A DNA stretch of 64,000 bases from Eubacteriales bacterium (GTDB lineage Bacteria > Bacillota > Clostridia > Oscillospirales > CAG-272): the NCBI GenBank assembly GCA_045611685.1, contig JAZKXO010000079.1:68551-132550 (forward strand). Reading direction: 5' to 3'. How positions within the stretch are numbered: position 1 is the first letter of the stretch; every line of letters begins with the position of its first letter. The translations under genes were made by a program, and so were the position numbers. Of this stretch, positions 55,392 to 63,452 are shown piece by piece. The notes below the pieces were generated by a model. The model was not told where the DNA came from. It ran no database searches and saw only the letters and a program-made list of their open reading frames with translations.

Positions 55392-55420
55392 TTGACACAA
55401 GTGTATAATGCGTGTATAAT
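55392..55420 (+). promoter_or_regulatory. consensus sigma-A promoter for the amino-acid ABC transporter operon
   Basis: TTGACA (55392-55397), a 17-nt spacer, then TATAAT (55415-55420). A second TATAAT lies within the spacer because GTGTATAAT is tandemly duplicated. Confidence 0.7.
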
Positions 55421-55502
55421 TACAGCATATGAATGATAATCGTTCATCCATATGCACACAAATTTCATTATTTATTACTTAAGCACACAAAGGAGATTCA
55501 TC

Positions 55503-56354
55503 ATGAAAAAGAGAATTTTTGCAGTTCTGCTCGCAGCTCTTATGGTTCTTCCCGCTTTGGCTATGACCTCTTGCGGCAAGGATAGCACCGCAGTTAAGGT
55601 TATCGAAATCAACCTGACTGAAGAAGAGTACGCATTCGGTGTTGACAAGACCCAGCCTGAGCTGCTCGCGAAAGTAAACACCTTCCTCGCGGAAATCAAG
55701 ACAAACGGCAAGTTTGAAGCAATCTGCAACAACTACTTCGGCGATGGCACTCCCGTTCCTGTCAAGTCTGCCGCAAAGGATTCTTCCAAGGATCAGCTCG
55801 TCGTTGCCACCAACGCGGCTTTCGAGCCGTTTGAGTACATGATCGGCGAAGATTACTACGGTATCGATATGGAGATCGCCGCAGCTCTTGCCGAGTACCT
55901 CGGTCTTGAACTCGTTATTGATAATATGGAATTTGAGTCCGTATGTCTCTCCGTCGGTCAGCAGAAGTGCGACATCGCAATGGCGGGCCTTACCGTTAAA
56001 CCCGACCGCGAAGAGTACGTAACCTTCTCCAACTCCTACTACAACGCTTCCCAGAAGCTGATCGTTCCCGCAGACAACACCGAGTTTGATGCTTGCAAGA
56101 CCGCAGACGATGTTGTTGCTATTCTTTCTACAAAGGATAAAGCAACCGTTATCGGCGTACAGAACGGCACCACAGGTCAGTTCTATGTTGAAGGCGATGC
56201 AGAGTGGGGCTTTGACGGATTCCCCGTTTCCTGTACCGGCTACAAGAACGGTTCCCTTGCAGTCCAGGATATGATCAACGGCAATATCCAGTACGTTATC
56301 ATCGACTCCGCTCCGGCCGCCGCTATCGCAGCCGCATTCAATGAGCTGAACTAA
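55503..56354 (+). CDS. amino acid ABC transporter substrate-binding lipoprotein
   Basis: Signal peptide and lipobox (LAMTSCG). A family-3 SBP pattern is present (VVATNAAFEPFEY..., DIAMAGLTV). ATG 55503 follows AAAGGAGA. Confidence 0.88.
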   Translation: MKKRIFAVLLAALMVLPALAMTSCGKDSTAVKVIEINLTEEEYAFGVDKTQPELLAKVNTFLAEIKTNGKFEAICNNYFGDGTPVPVKSAAKDSSKDQLVVATNAAFEPFEYMIGEDYYGIDMEIAAALAEYLGLELVIDNMEFESVCLSVGQQKCDIAMAGLTVKPDREEYVTFSNSYYNASQKLIVPADNTEFDACKTADDVVAILSTKDKATVIGVQNGTTGQFYVEGDAEWGFDGFPVSCTGYKNGSLAVQDMINGNIQYVIIDSAPAAAIAAAFNELN

Positions 56355-56449
56355 AAACAAATAATACATTCTCGGCTAAATAGTCAACTACTCCCTCACT
56401 GCTTATGCCCGTGGGGGAGTACTCATTCCTCCTACATAAAGGAAGCATC

Positions 56450-57160
56450 ATGGGAAATTTTGAAAAAAAGATCGCAAAATTCATAGACATATTTATTGAG
56501 CAAAACGGTTACGTACGCGTTCTTGAAGGCTTGCAGAACACTATTATCATTGCCGTTCTTGGCTTGATCATCGGCAGTTTGATAGGCACGTTGATCGCTA
56601 CAGTAAGAGTGACACCGAAGTATAAGACGCTTCCAAAAATTTTGAACTCACTCTGCGACGTATACGTCGGCTTCTTCCGCGGAACGCCAATGACCGTTCA
56701 GTTGCTTTTGTTCTACTACGTTCTTTTGCCGCTGATGGGCATCCGCATCACCGGTGTAAACGTCTCTATTTTAGTCTTCTCGCTCAACTCCGGCGCGTAT
56801 ATCTCTGAAATCATGCGAAGCGGTATTCAGTCAGTAGATATCGGCCAAATGGAGGCTGGTCGCGCTGTGGGTCTGTCCTTCCCCGTTACGATGATTAAAA
56901 TCATCATACCGCAGGCTGTAAAGAACATTCTTCCGACACTCGGAAACGAATTCATCGCGCTGATCAAAGAGACCTCTGTTGTCAGTTTTGTCGGCGCTGC
57001 CGATTTGTACGTTGCATTTAATTACATCGGTTCCAACAGTTACGAATTCATGGTTCCCTATCTCGTGATGGCACTCATCTACATCGTGATCGTTATGCTT
57101 ATCACAATCGGAATCAAGTTGATGGAAAGGGGGCTGTCCAAGAGTGATCGACGTCATTGA
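56450..57160 (+). CDS. amino acid ABC transporter permease (HisMQ type)
   Basis: Polytopic protein with an EAA-like loop ([18 protein letters not shown]). Start assigned at MGNFEKK. Confidence 0.88.
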   Translation: MGNFEKKIAKFIDIFIEQNGYVRVLEGLQNTIIIAVLGLIIGSLIGTLIATVRVTPKYKTLPKILNSLCDVYVGFFRGTPMTVQLLLFYYVLLPLMGIRITGVNVSILVFSLNSGAYISEIMRSGIQSVDIGQMEAGRAVGLSFPVTMIKIIIPQAVKNILPTLGNEFIALIKETSVVSFVGAADLYVAFNYIGSNSYEFMVPYLVMALIYIVIVMLITIGIKLMERGLSKSDRRH

Positions 57161-57968
57161 TTTGAAAAAGAGTTTCGGCGACAACGAAGTCTTAAAAGGC
57201 ATAAACATCACCATCAACAAAGGCGATATCGTATGTGTGATCGGTCCGTCCGGCTGCGGAAAATCGACCTTCCTGCGCTGCTTAAACTGTATGGAAGACC
57301 CTACCGGCGGCAGCATAATATTCGGCGGTGTAGATATCGCAGATATGCGCGTTGACATCAACGAACACCGCCGTCACATGGGTATGGTTTTTCAGCAGTT
57401 TAACCTCTTCAACAACAAATCCGTAATCCAGAATATTATGTTGGCACCCGTCCATACGGGTATCCAGGATCTAAAAAAAGCCCGTCGCCACAACAGACTC
57501 ACTAAGTTCTTCAACATTTTCCACAAAAATAAAAAAGAGCTTTTGCCAATCGCAACGACGAAAGCGCAAATCCGTGCACAAGCCAAAGAAAACGCACTGA
57601 AACTGCTTGATCGAATCGGTCTTTCGGATAAAGCAGATGTATACCCCTCCACGCTGTCCGGTGGTCAAAAACAACGTATTGCCATTATCCGCGCGCTTGC
57701 CATGAATCCGGATGTGATTCTGTTTGACGAGCCAACAAGCGCACTTGACCCCGAGATGGTTGGAGAGGTATTGGATTTGATGAAATCATTGGCTGAAGAA
57801 GGCATGACGATGGTCATCGTTACGCATGAGATGGGATTTGCTCGCGAGGTTGCCAATCGCGTAATCTTCATTGACGAAGGAAAGATTCTCGAGGAATCCG
57901 CACCCGACGAATTTTTCTCAAATCCGAAAAACCCCCGTTTGAAGGAGTTCCTCTCAAAGGTCCTTTGA
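57144..57968 (+). CDS. amino acid ABC transporter ATP-binding protein carrying a roughly 30-aa insertion
   Basis: Walker [10 protein letters not shown], signature LSGGQKQR and Walker [12 protein letters not shown]. The GTG start overlaps the end of the permease gene. Confidence 0.9.
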   Translation: MIDVIDLKKSFGDNEVLKGINITINKGDIVCVIGPSGCGKSTFLRCLNCMEDPTGGSIIFGGVDIADMRVDINEHRRHMGMVFQQFNLFNNKSVIQNIMLAPVHTGIQDLKKARRHNRLTKFFNIFHKNKKELLPIATTKAQIRAQAKENALKLLDRIGLSDKADVYPSTLSGGQKQRIAIIRALAMNPDVILFDEPTSALDPEMVGEVLDLMKSLAEEGMTMVIVTHEMGFAREVANRVIFIDEGKILEESAPDEFFSNPKNPRLKEFLSKVL

Positions 57969-57971
57969 AAG

Positions 57972-58004
57972 AAAAAGCAGAGTTTGCACTCTGCTTTTTT
58001 ATTT
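57972..58004. terminator. bidirectional terminator between the ABC operon (+) and trmB (-)
   Basis: GCAGAGT-TTGC-ACTCTGC hairpin flanked by A5 and T6. Confidence 0.8.
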
Positions 58005-58736
58005 TCACTTATGTATCACCGCTTCGAGGCAGTGGATCTTCATTCCCTTTTCGGAGAAATTCCGTTCGTATTCCGTCATGATATTCGTCGCCGCGCGCTC
58101 GGATGCGTGCAGATCCCGTGTCTCGAATACGATCTCAAAGGGGGACGCGCCGACCGTTTCGAGAGAATAATCGAACAGGCCGACGTTATCCGTCTTGAAG
58201 CAGAACGTGCCGCCGTCTTTCAAAAGACGTGCGTACAGTGCGAGAAACGCGGGTGCGGTCAGGCGGCGGTCTTCATAACCTTTTTTCGGCCACGGATCGC
58301 TGAAATTCGCGTAAATCGTATCAAACGTGCCGTCGGGGAAAATTTCGCAAAGGGTCTTTGCATCCCCGCGGATAAAGCGGACGTTGCCGCGTTTTTCGAG
58401 AGGGATATCCCACGCCTCTTTATGAAGAGTTCCGTCCGGCTCTTCCCAGCCGCCGTGGACGCCGAGTTTTCCGAGTCCTCTGCTCACAGCGTATTTTTCC
58501 ACGGCCGCCACGAGCACGTCGTCGATCAGTTCCATAGCATAATAGTTATATTCGGCGTCGCGGACAGACAGCTGCGTTACAAAATCACCCTTGCCGCAAC
58601 CGATTTCGAGGCGAAGCGGCGCCTCCTTCTCGAAAGGCGCTGTCGGATTCTCGCGAATTTCGAGAGGATTTTGACACACCAACGCTCCTAATATCGAAAG
58701 TCTTTCGCCTCCGTGCTTCTTTTTTCTCGCTCTCAT
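58005..58736 (-). CDS. trmB: tRNA (guanine-N7)-methyltransferase
   Basis: 243 aa with the SAM-binding segment LEIGCGKGDF and the motif NFSDPWPKK. Confidence 0.9.
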   Translation of the reverse strand: MRARKKKHGGERLSILGALVCQNPLEIRENPTAPFEKEAPLRLEIGCGKGDFVTQLSVRDAEYNYYAMELIDDVLVAAVEKYAVSRGLGKLGVHGGWEEPDGTLHKEAWDIPLEKRGNVRFIRGDAKTLCEIFPDGTFDTIYANFSDPWPKKGYEDRRLTAPAFLALYARLLKDGGTFCFKTDNVGLFDYSLETVGASPFEIVFETRDLHASERAATNIMTEYERNFSEKGMKIHCLEAVIHK

Positions 58737-58891
58737 ACTTGATATTCCCGTTTCTTTCTGTTAAAATAATATAAAGGCTGGATTTTAAGGAACAAGCTCC
58801 TCAAAAATCGTGCAATTTCCAATCGCTGTACACCATTGTACCATACTTGTTTCGAAAAATCCACAGAATCTTTGTAAAGAGGTGATTTTCT

Positions 58892-59638
58892 TTGGAGAAA
58901 GATTTGTTTCTCACTATACTGCGGGACGAACTGATAAAGCGTGGTCTTACACCGGAAGTCGCTCAGCGCCACGTGCGATCCATTTCTCTCACCTTAACGG
59001 CGGAAGACGTAAAAGCTATTGAGCACATTGACGATCCCGCTGATATTGAAGCGCTTGCCGAAGGAATCGCCAGCCTAAAACTGCGCACGTCCGAAAAAAA
59101 GGCAGAACCCAAAACGGAAGATCTCCCGCCTGTATCGGTCGCCAAACGGCCCACCGCCGAGAAAAAGCGCCCTGCGCCCGTCTATATAGAAGATGAAGAA
59201 GCCATTGTTACGACTCCCTTGCACACCAGCACCAAATCCCGGTTGCTCTTTGTCTGCACGATTCCCTTATTCCTCCTCTTGTTAGCATTGTATCTCGGCG
59301 TGTTCGCGCTCGGATTTGCCACGCTTCTCGGCATAATCGTTCTTTTGGTTGCCGTTCTCATCGGCGGCGTTGCCGCAGGGGCCGCTGTATCGCTTGTAGG
59401 GATCATTTACGGCATCACGCAGCTGCTCACCGCAACATCCATGGCACCCGGCCTTTACGAAATCGGTCTTGGTCTCGCTATTGCCGGTGCCGTCATGCTG
59501 GGCGGCATACTTGTATATAATTGCGCTATACGGCTGGTTCCGAAGCTGATCCGACTTTTGGGAAAGCTTTTCAAGCTCTGTGCAAAAAAACTGAAGCAGT
59601 TGTTCAAAACAGCAAAGGAGGCGTTATATAAACTGTGA
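58892..59638 (+). CDS. membrane protein with DUF1700-like architecture (N-terminal helical domain, P/K-rich linker, TM bundle, amphipathic basic tail)
   Basis: The TTG start lies 8 nt after GAGGTG. The product begins EKDLFLTILRDELIKRGLTPEVAQRHV and has 3 to 4 TM segments. The family call is by architecture only. Confidence 0.55.
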   Translation: MEKDLFLTILRDELIKRGLTPEVAQRHVRSISLTLTAEDVKAIEHIDDPADIEALAEGIASLKLRTSEKKAEPKTEDLPPVSVAKRPTAEKKRPAPVYIEDEEAIVTTPLHTSTKSRLLFVCTIPLFLLLLALYLGVFALGFATLLGIIVLLVAVLIGGVAAGAAVSLVGIIYGITQLLTATSMAPGLYEIGLGLAIAGAVMLGGILVYNCAIRLVPKLIRLLGKLFKLCAKKLKQLFKTAKEALYKL

Positions 59639-60540
59639 AACCGACATCCATTGTCTTTTTGGTTATCTCCGTCCTCCTTATTTTGAGTGGTATCATTTTG
59701 TGCATAACCGCCGAGAACATCGCCGAAACAGACGGCTACGTCCTCTTTAATCAAACAGAAGACGGCGTCTCGTATCGAGATTACGATTTCTCCGGTAAGC
59801 CGATAACAAAGATTTCTCTCGTCGTACAGAACGCGGAGATATACGTTTACGGCGGTGCCGAAAAATCGTATATCGAATTTTTCAATTTCCGTGAGGGACT
59901 TTACACATTCTCCACGGCGGGCACGATTATTGCTCTCGATGAGATTCCCGATATTGAATCCCTGCTCGATTTTAACACTGCGTTTTCCTTCGGTGGAATC
60001 CGTCAGTTTTTGAAGAGAAGCAATGTCTCCGACGGACCGCGAAGAGTGAATATACACCTCGACGACTTCACAGAAAATCTTAAGATCATCGCGATTGATG
60101 CGAAAAACTGTTCTTTGAATGTGGACGCACTTTCCGTACACTGCGATGTAGCCGTTACGGCAGAAGAACAGTTAAACGTAACTGCCAGGGATATGCACAC
60201 ATTCAGCGCCCTTACGCTCTCGGCGAAAAATCTATCGGCATCTCTCGACAATGCTTCTCTTGATACGGTGATTCTCACCGCTGAAACGGGCGACGTCAAA
60301 GCCGGGCAGATCTCCTTTAAAAATCTCGATTGCAAAATAAAAGACGGCACGGCCGACTTTCTCACCTTTGACAAGCTTGCCTTTTACGACATAGAGATAG
60401 GCGCCGGTCGCGGATCCGTCCGCTTCGGCGGCATGGACCGTCCCCGCCCCTACACGCAGAAGCCGGCAGGCGATGCCACAGGTACAATCCGGATCGAATC
60501 CGAAAACGCAGATTTCTCCATCACCGAGATGGCAGGATAA
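59635..60540 (+). CDS. membrane-anchored beta-strand-repeat protein (DUF4097-like putative adhesin fold)
   Basis: The GTG start overlaps the upstream stop (GTGA). It has one N-terminal TM segment and then repetitive short beta-strand units (...LNVDALSVHCDVAVTAEEQLNVTARD...TGDVKAGQISFKNLDCKIKDG...). Confidence 0.5.
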   Translation: MKPTSIVFLVISVLLILSGIILCITAENIAETDGYVLFNQTEDGVSYRDYDFSGKPITKISLVVQNAEIYVYGGAEKSYIEFFNFREGLYTFSTAGTIIALDEIPDIESLLDFNTAFSFGGIRQFLKRSNVSDGPRRVNIHLDDFTENLKIIAIDAKNCSLNVDALSVHCDVAVTAEEQLNVTARDMHTFSALTLSAKNLSASLDNASLDTVILTAETGDVKAGQISFKNLDCKIKDGTADFLTFDKLAFYDIEIGAGRGSVRFGGMDRPRPYTQKPAGDATGTIRIESENADFSITEMAG

Positions 60541-60574
60541 CCCTTATCTCTCCACAAACCGAAAGGATATTTTT

Positions 60575-60823
60575 ATGACGTATTCATACAAAACGAAAGG
60601 AACCTGCTCTTCCAAGATCTCGTTTGATCTGGAAGAAGGCAAGGTCAAAAACGTATCTTTCACCGGCGGATGCAACGGCAATCTGAAAGCGATCGCCCGC
60701 CTGGTCGAAGGAATGGAAGCCGAAAAGATTATCGAGCTTCTCTCCGGCAACACCTGCGGCTTCAAGAACACCTCCTGCGCCGATCAGCTCGCAGCCGCCG
60801 TTAAAGAAGCGCTGGGTGCGTAA
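60575..60823 (+). CDS. TIGR03905-type TSCPD-domain small protein
   Basis: 82 aa: MTYSYKTKGTCSSKISFDLEEGKVKNVSFTGGCNGNLKAIARLVEGM...CGFKNTSCADQLA. This matches the family pattern from memory. Confidence 0.8.
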   Translation: MTYSYKTKGTCSSKISFDLEEGKVKNVSFTGGCNGNLKAIARLVEGMEAEKIIELLSGNTCGFKNTSCADQLAAAVKEALGA

Positions 60824-60829
60824 TCACAA

Positions 60830-61897
60830 TCACCACGATCTGTATTTGAGGATGCTGAAGAACCGATAGACGGCTTCGGCATCCTCTCTGTTTTTTACGG
60901 AAAACGAAAGAATGCTTCCTATCCCCCTCCTTGGATCATAGACTGTCGTTCCGTCCGGCTGCGTCTCGTAAACGACAATATACCCCATCTGTCGGGCATC
61001 GTCTATATATACTTCCATCATTGTAACAAACACGCCGTCCTCTCGGATGGCGCGTCCGCCAATCACCGCCGGTCGATGATATCCGCGTTCCGTTTGGAGA
61101 GATAGAAAAATTGTACCGACGAATTCATCTTCGTTCAGCGGATCGTATGGCGTATATCCGCTGACGCTCATACCGAACGTTCCGTAATCCGGCCGAAAAA
61201 GATACCGCGTCTCCTTGCCCGTGAACGTAATCGTGCGGGGAATACAGTAATCCTCATCGTATTCTTTCCACTCGATCGCTTCAAGGGTAAATTCGACAGA
61301 CGTATTGGTATGGGCACCGTCCAAAATCCAGAGAACGAAAAAAATGCCAAAAAGAACACAAGCGCTTAGCAAAAGCCATTTCAACGCCCCACCCACACGG
61401 GAAAGGACAGCATCGCGCCGATCGCGCCGTCTCTGATGCTTCAAAAACGCACGGTACATGGCGTTTTTCTCCTCGTCCGAAATATCCTCGTGCCGATGAA
61501 AGTGAAGTTCTCTCGGCTTCGGTGCTTCTTCATCCGCGCCGTCGATTGCCTTTACAAGCGCCTCTAAAGACGTAATCGATGCGCCGTCTACCGATTCCAG
61601 ACGGGAGACAAGAGGAGTCATCTCCCGATAGAGTGCCGTTTGCTCTGTGCGGTACTCTTCAAACACGGCGGCACATCGCCTTTCATCCGCCAGCATTTCC
61701 TGAATCTGACCGATGCTGAAATACGCGCGGCGAAGAGCCGCAATCATTAAAAGATCACGGACATTTTCCTCCGTATACTCGCGAAAGTGTCGGCCGTTCA
61801 ACTGCCGCGTCTGCGGTGTAATCAGATGTTTTGCCTCATAAAAACGTATCGCCTTTTCGCTGAGATTCGTACGTGCAGCGGCTTCTTTGATCTTCAT
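60830..61897 (-). CDS. membrane-anchored MerR-family transcriptional regulator with an uncharacterised extracytoplasmic C-terminal domain
   Basis: N-terminal MerR HTH (MKIKEAAARTNLSEKAIRFYEAKHLITP...), a helical linker, one TM segment (WLLLSACVLFGIFFVLWIL), then about 155 aa of unknown domain. Confidence 0.8.
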   Translation of the reverse strand: MKIKEAAARTNLSEKAIRFYEAKHLITPQTRQLNGRHFREYTEENVRDLLMIAALRRAYFSIGQIQEMLADERRCAAVFEEYRTEQTALYREMTPLVSRLESVDGASITSLEALVKAIDGADEEAPKPRELHFHRHEDISDEEKNAMYRAFLKHQRRRDRRDAVLSRVGGALKWLLLSACVLFGIFFVLWILDGAHTNTSVEFTLEAIEWKEYDEDYCIPRTITFTGKETRYLFRPDYGTFGMSVSGYTPYDPLNEDEFVGTIFLSLQTERGYHRPAVIGGRAIREDGVFVTMMEVYIDDARQMGYIVVYETQPDGTTVYDPRRGIGSILSFSVKNREDAEAVYRFFSILKYRSW

Positions 61898-61928
61898 AGG
61901 CTGCCTCCTCTAAGGTTTTTACGTATGG

Positions 61929-61959
61929 ATTATACCATATGCCCTTAGGGCATAGTCAA
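61929..61959 (-). promoter_or_regulatory. MerR-type promoter and operator with a 19-bp spacer and internal palindrome
   Basis: The minus strand reads TTGACT, a 19-nt spacer, then TATAAT. The spacer contains the perfect palindrome ATGCCCT-A-AGGGCAT (61939-61953). Confidence 0.75.
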
Positions 61960-61977
61960 GAGATTTACTCACTTTTC

Positions 61978-62010
61978 TCAAAAAAACCGGTACAGCCACG
62001 GCTGTACCGG
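61978..62010 (-). terminator. rho-independent terminator after the PPIase gene
   Basis: CCGGTACAGC (61987-61996) pairs with GCTGTACCGG (62001-62010), with T7 on the minus strand. Confidence 0.85.
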
Positions 62011-62018
62011 TTTCCATA

Positions 62019-62765
62019 TTAGAATTTATCTACGGGGTAAAGGATCTTGAGCTGATTGATCTTGCTCTGGTAAGCCGCCTGCTGCTTGTCACCGATCAGC
62101 TTTTGACGGATCTGTTCCTTCACCGTCTCGTACGGGATCGGTTTCGCCTCATTCTTCCCGTTCAGTTTGATGAGATGATAACCGAACTGCGTCTGTACGG
62201 GGCCGCGCAGCTCGCCGACTTCCATCGTAAAGCACGCCTCGTCGAACTCGGGAACCATCTGTCCCTGACCGAAATCGCCAAGACAGCCGCCCTCTCTCGA
62301 AGACGGGCAGGAGCTGTACTCCTTTGCGGCGTCCTCAAAGGAGATCTCGCCATTCTGAATCTTCTCGAGAATCGACTTTGCCTCTGCCTCATCGGAGACG
62401 AGAATGTGGCTTGCGTTCACACTTTCCTCACCCTGGAACTGCTCCGGGTTCTCGTCAAAGAATTTCTTCGTTTCCTCATCGCTCACGCGGACGCTCTCAA
62501 TCGCCTTGCCAACGGCGTAATTCACGAGGAGATCTTCCTTCACGCGTGCGAGCTCTGCTTTGAAAGCGGGCTCACGCTCGTAAAGATTGCGGGTAGCGTC
62601 GATCAGAAGCAGCTTCTGATTTACGAGCTGCTCAAGAACGATCTTCCGCCCTTCGGGAGAATTGTAATTCTGTCCGCGCTGGGCGAGGGACGCGACCATC
62701 GCCTCCACGTCCGCTTCCGTAATATTCTGACCGCCCACAGCGGCTAATACTCTTGCTTCTGCCAT
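62019..62765 (-). CDS. parvulin-type peptidylprolyl isomerase (PrsA/SurA-like) with no obvious signal peptide
   Basis: PPIC rotamase domain (NASHILV...GGCLGDFGQGQMVPEFDEACF...FGYHLIK). ATG 62765 follows AAAGGA, so the TTG at 62810 is rejected. Confidence 0.88.
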   Translation of the reverse strand: MAEARVLAAVGGQNITEADVEAMVASLAQRGQNYNSPEGRKIVLEQLVNQKLLLIDATRNLYEREPAFKAELARVKEDLLVNYAVGKAIESVRVSDEETKKFFDENPEQFQGEESVNASHILVSDEAEAKSILEKIQNGEISFEDAAKEYSSCPSSREGGCLGDFGQGQMVPEFDEACFTMEVGELRGPVQTQFGYHLIKLNGKNEAKPIPYETVKEQIRQKLIGDKQQAAYQSKINQLKILYPVDKF

Positions 62766-62827
62766 TTCATTTATCCTTTCGGTTAATAAATCGTAAGTGT
62801 CGCCGTACAAAGGTCGGCATCCTTGTT

Positions 62828-62856
62828 ACTGTATCATATTTGGGAGAGTTTGTCAA
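62828..62856 (-). promoter_or_regulatory. sigma-A-type promoter for the PPIase gene
   Basis: The minus strand reads TTGACA, a 17-nt spacer, then TGaTACAGT (extended -10). Confidence 0.5.
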
Positions 62857-62876
62857 GTATTCCCTCCCCGACGGGA

Positions 62877-63452
62877 TCAAAGAGAAAACGTATAATTAAA
62901 ATATCTGTAAAGAGGGATGTAATCATTGAACGAGGCGACGACGCATTCGAGAAGGAACACTTTCTCCCTTTTCGCATACATAGTGATCTTCGTTGCGAGC
63001 TGCTCGTCTTCGCCGGTGAATCCGTACTCGGCGGCGCGGGGCACAAAGAAGACTGCCGCGTAGGCGGCACCGGAGCTTTTGTACAGCTTCGGAATCAGCG
63101 GCAAAAATTTCGCATCGTCTGAAAGCGGACCGGATACCAAAAGATGCGTTTCGAGAAGGCACCGTTTTTTATCCATCAGACAAAGGACGACAGACATAGG
63201 CGGCAAATTCTCCATAAGGAGAGAGGCATATCTGCCCAGCCGATCCGGCGTATCGAGAGGATTCTCTTTGAGGCGGCGAAGTTCTGCCGCCCGCAGCACG
63301 TCAAGCCCGACGGCAGGCGCCGTTTCGCCCTTGGCGAATGCCTCCGATAGAACGGTGTTTCGCTCCGTCTCGCTTACAGAGTCCCTCTGCTTCGCCGACA
63401 AAGCGGCATAAAGAAGTGCTTTCGCCGATTTCGCCGTTTTGAGTTCGCTCAT
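62877..63452 (-). CDS. hypothetical protein, possibly a degenerate RadC/JAB (MPN)-like domain protein lacking the metal-binding motif
   Basis: 191 aa. The C-terminal half aligns by eye with RadC (VVLCLMDKKRCLL...AAVFFVPRAAEYGFTGEDEQLATKI...VFLLECVV). However, HNHPSG is replaced by FVPRAA. The start overlaps the upstream stop (TGATG). Confidence 0.4.
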   Translation of the reverse strand: MSELKTAKSAKALLYAALSAKQRDSVSETERNTVLSEAFAKGETAPAVGLDVLRAAELRRLKENPLDTPDRLGRYASLLMENLPPMSVVLCLMDKKRCLLETHLLVSGPLSDDAKFLPLIPKLYKSSGAAYAAVFFVPRAAEYGFTGEDEQLATKITMYAKREKVFLLECVVASFNDYIPLYRYFNYTFSL

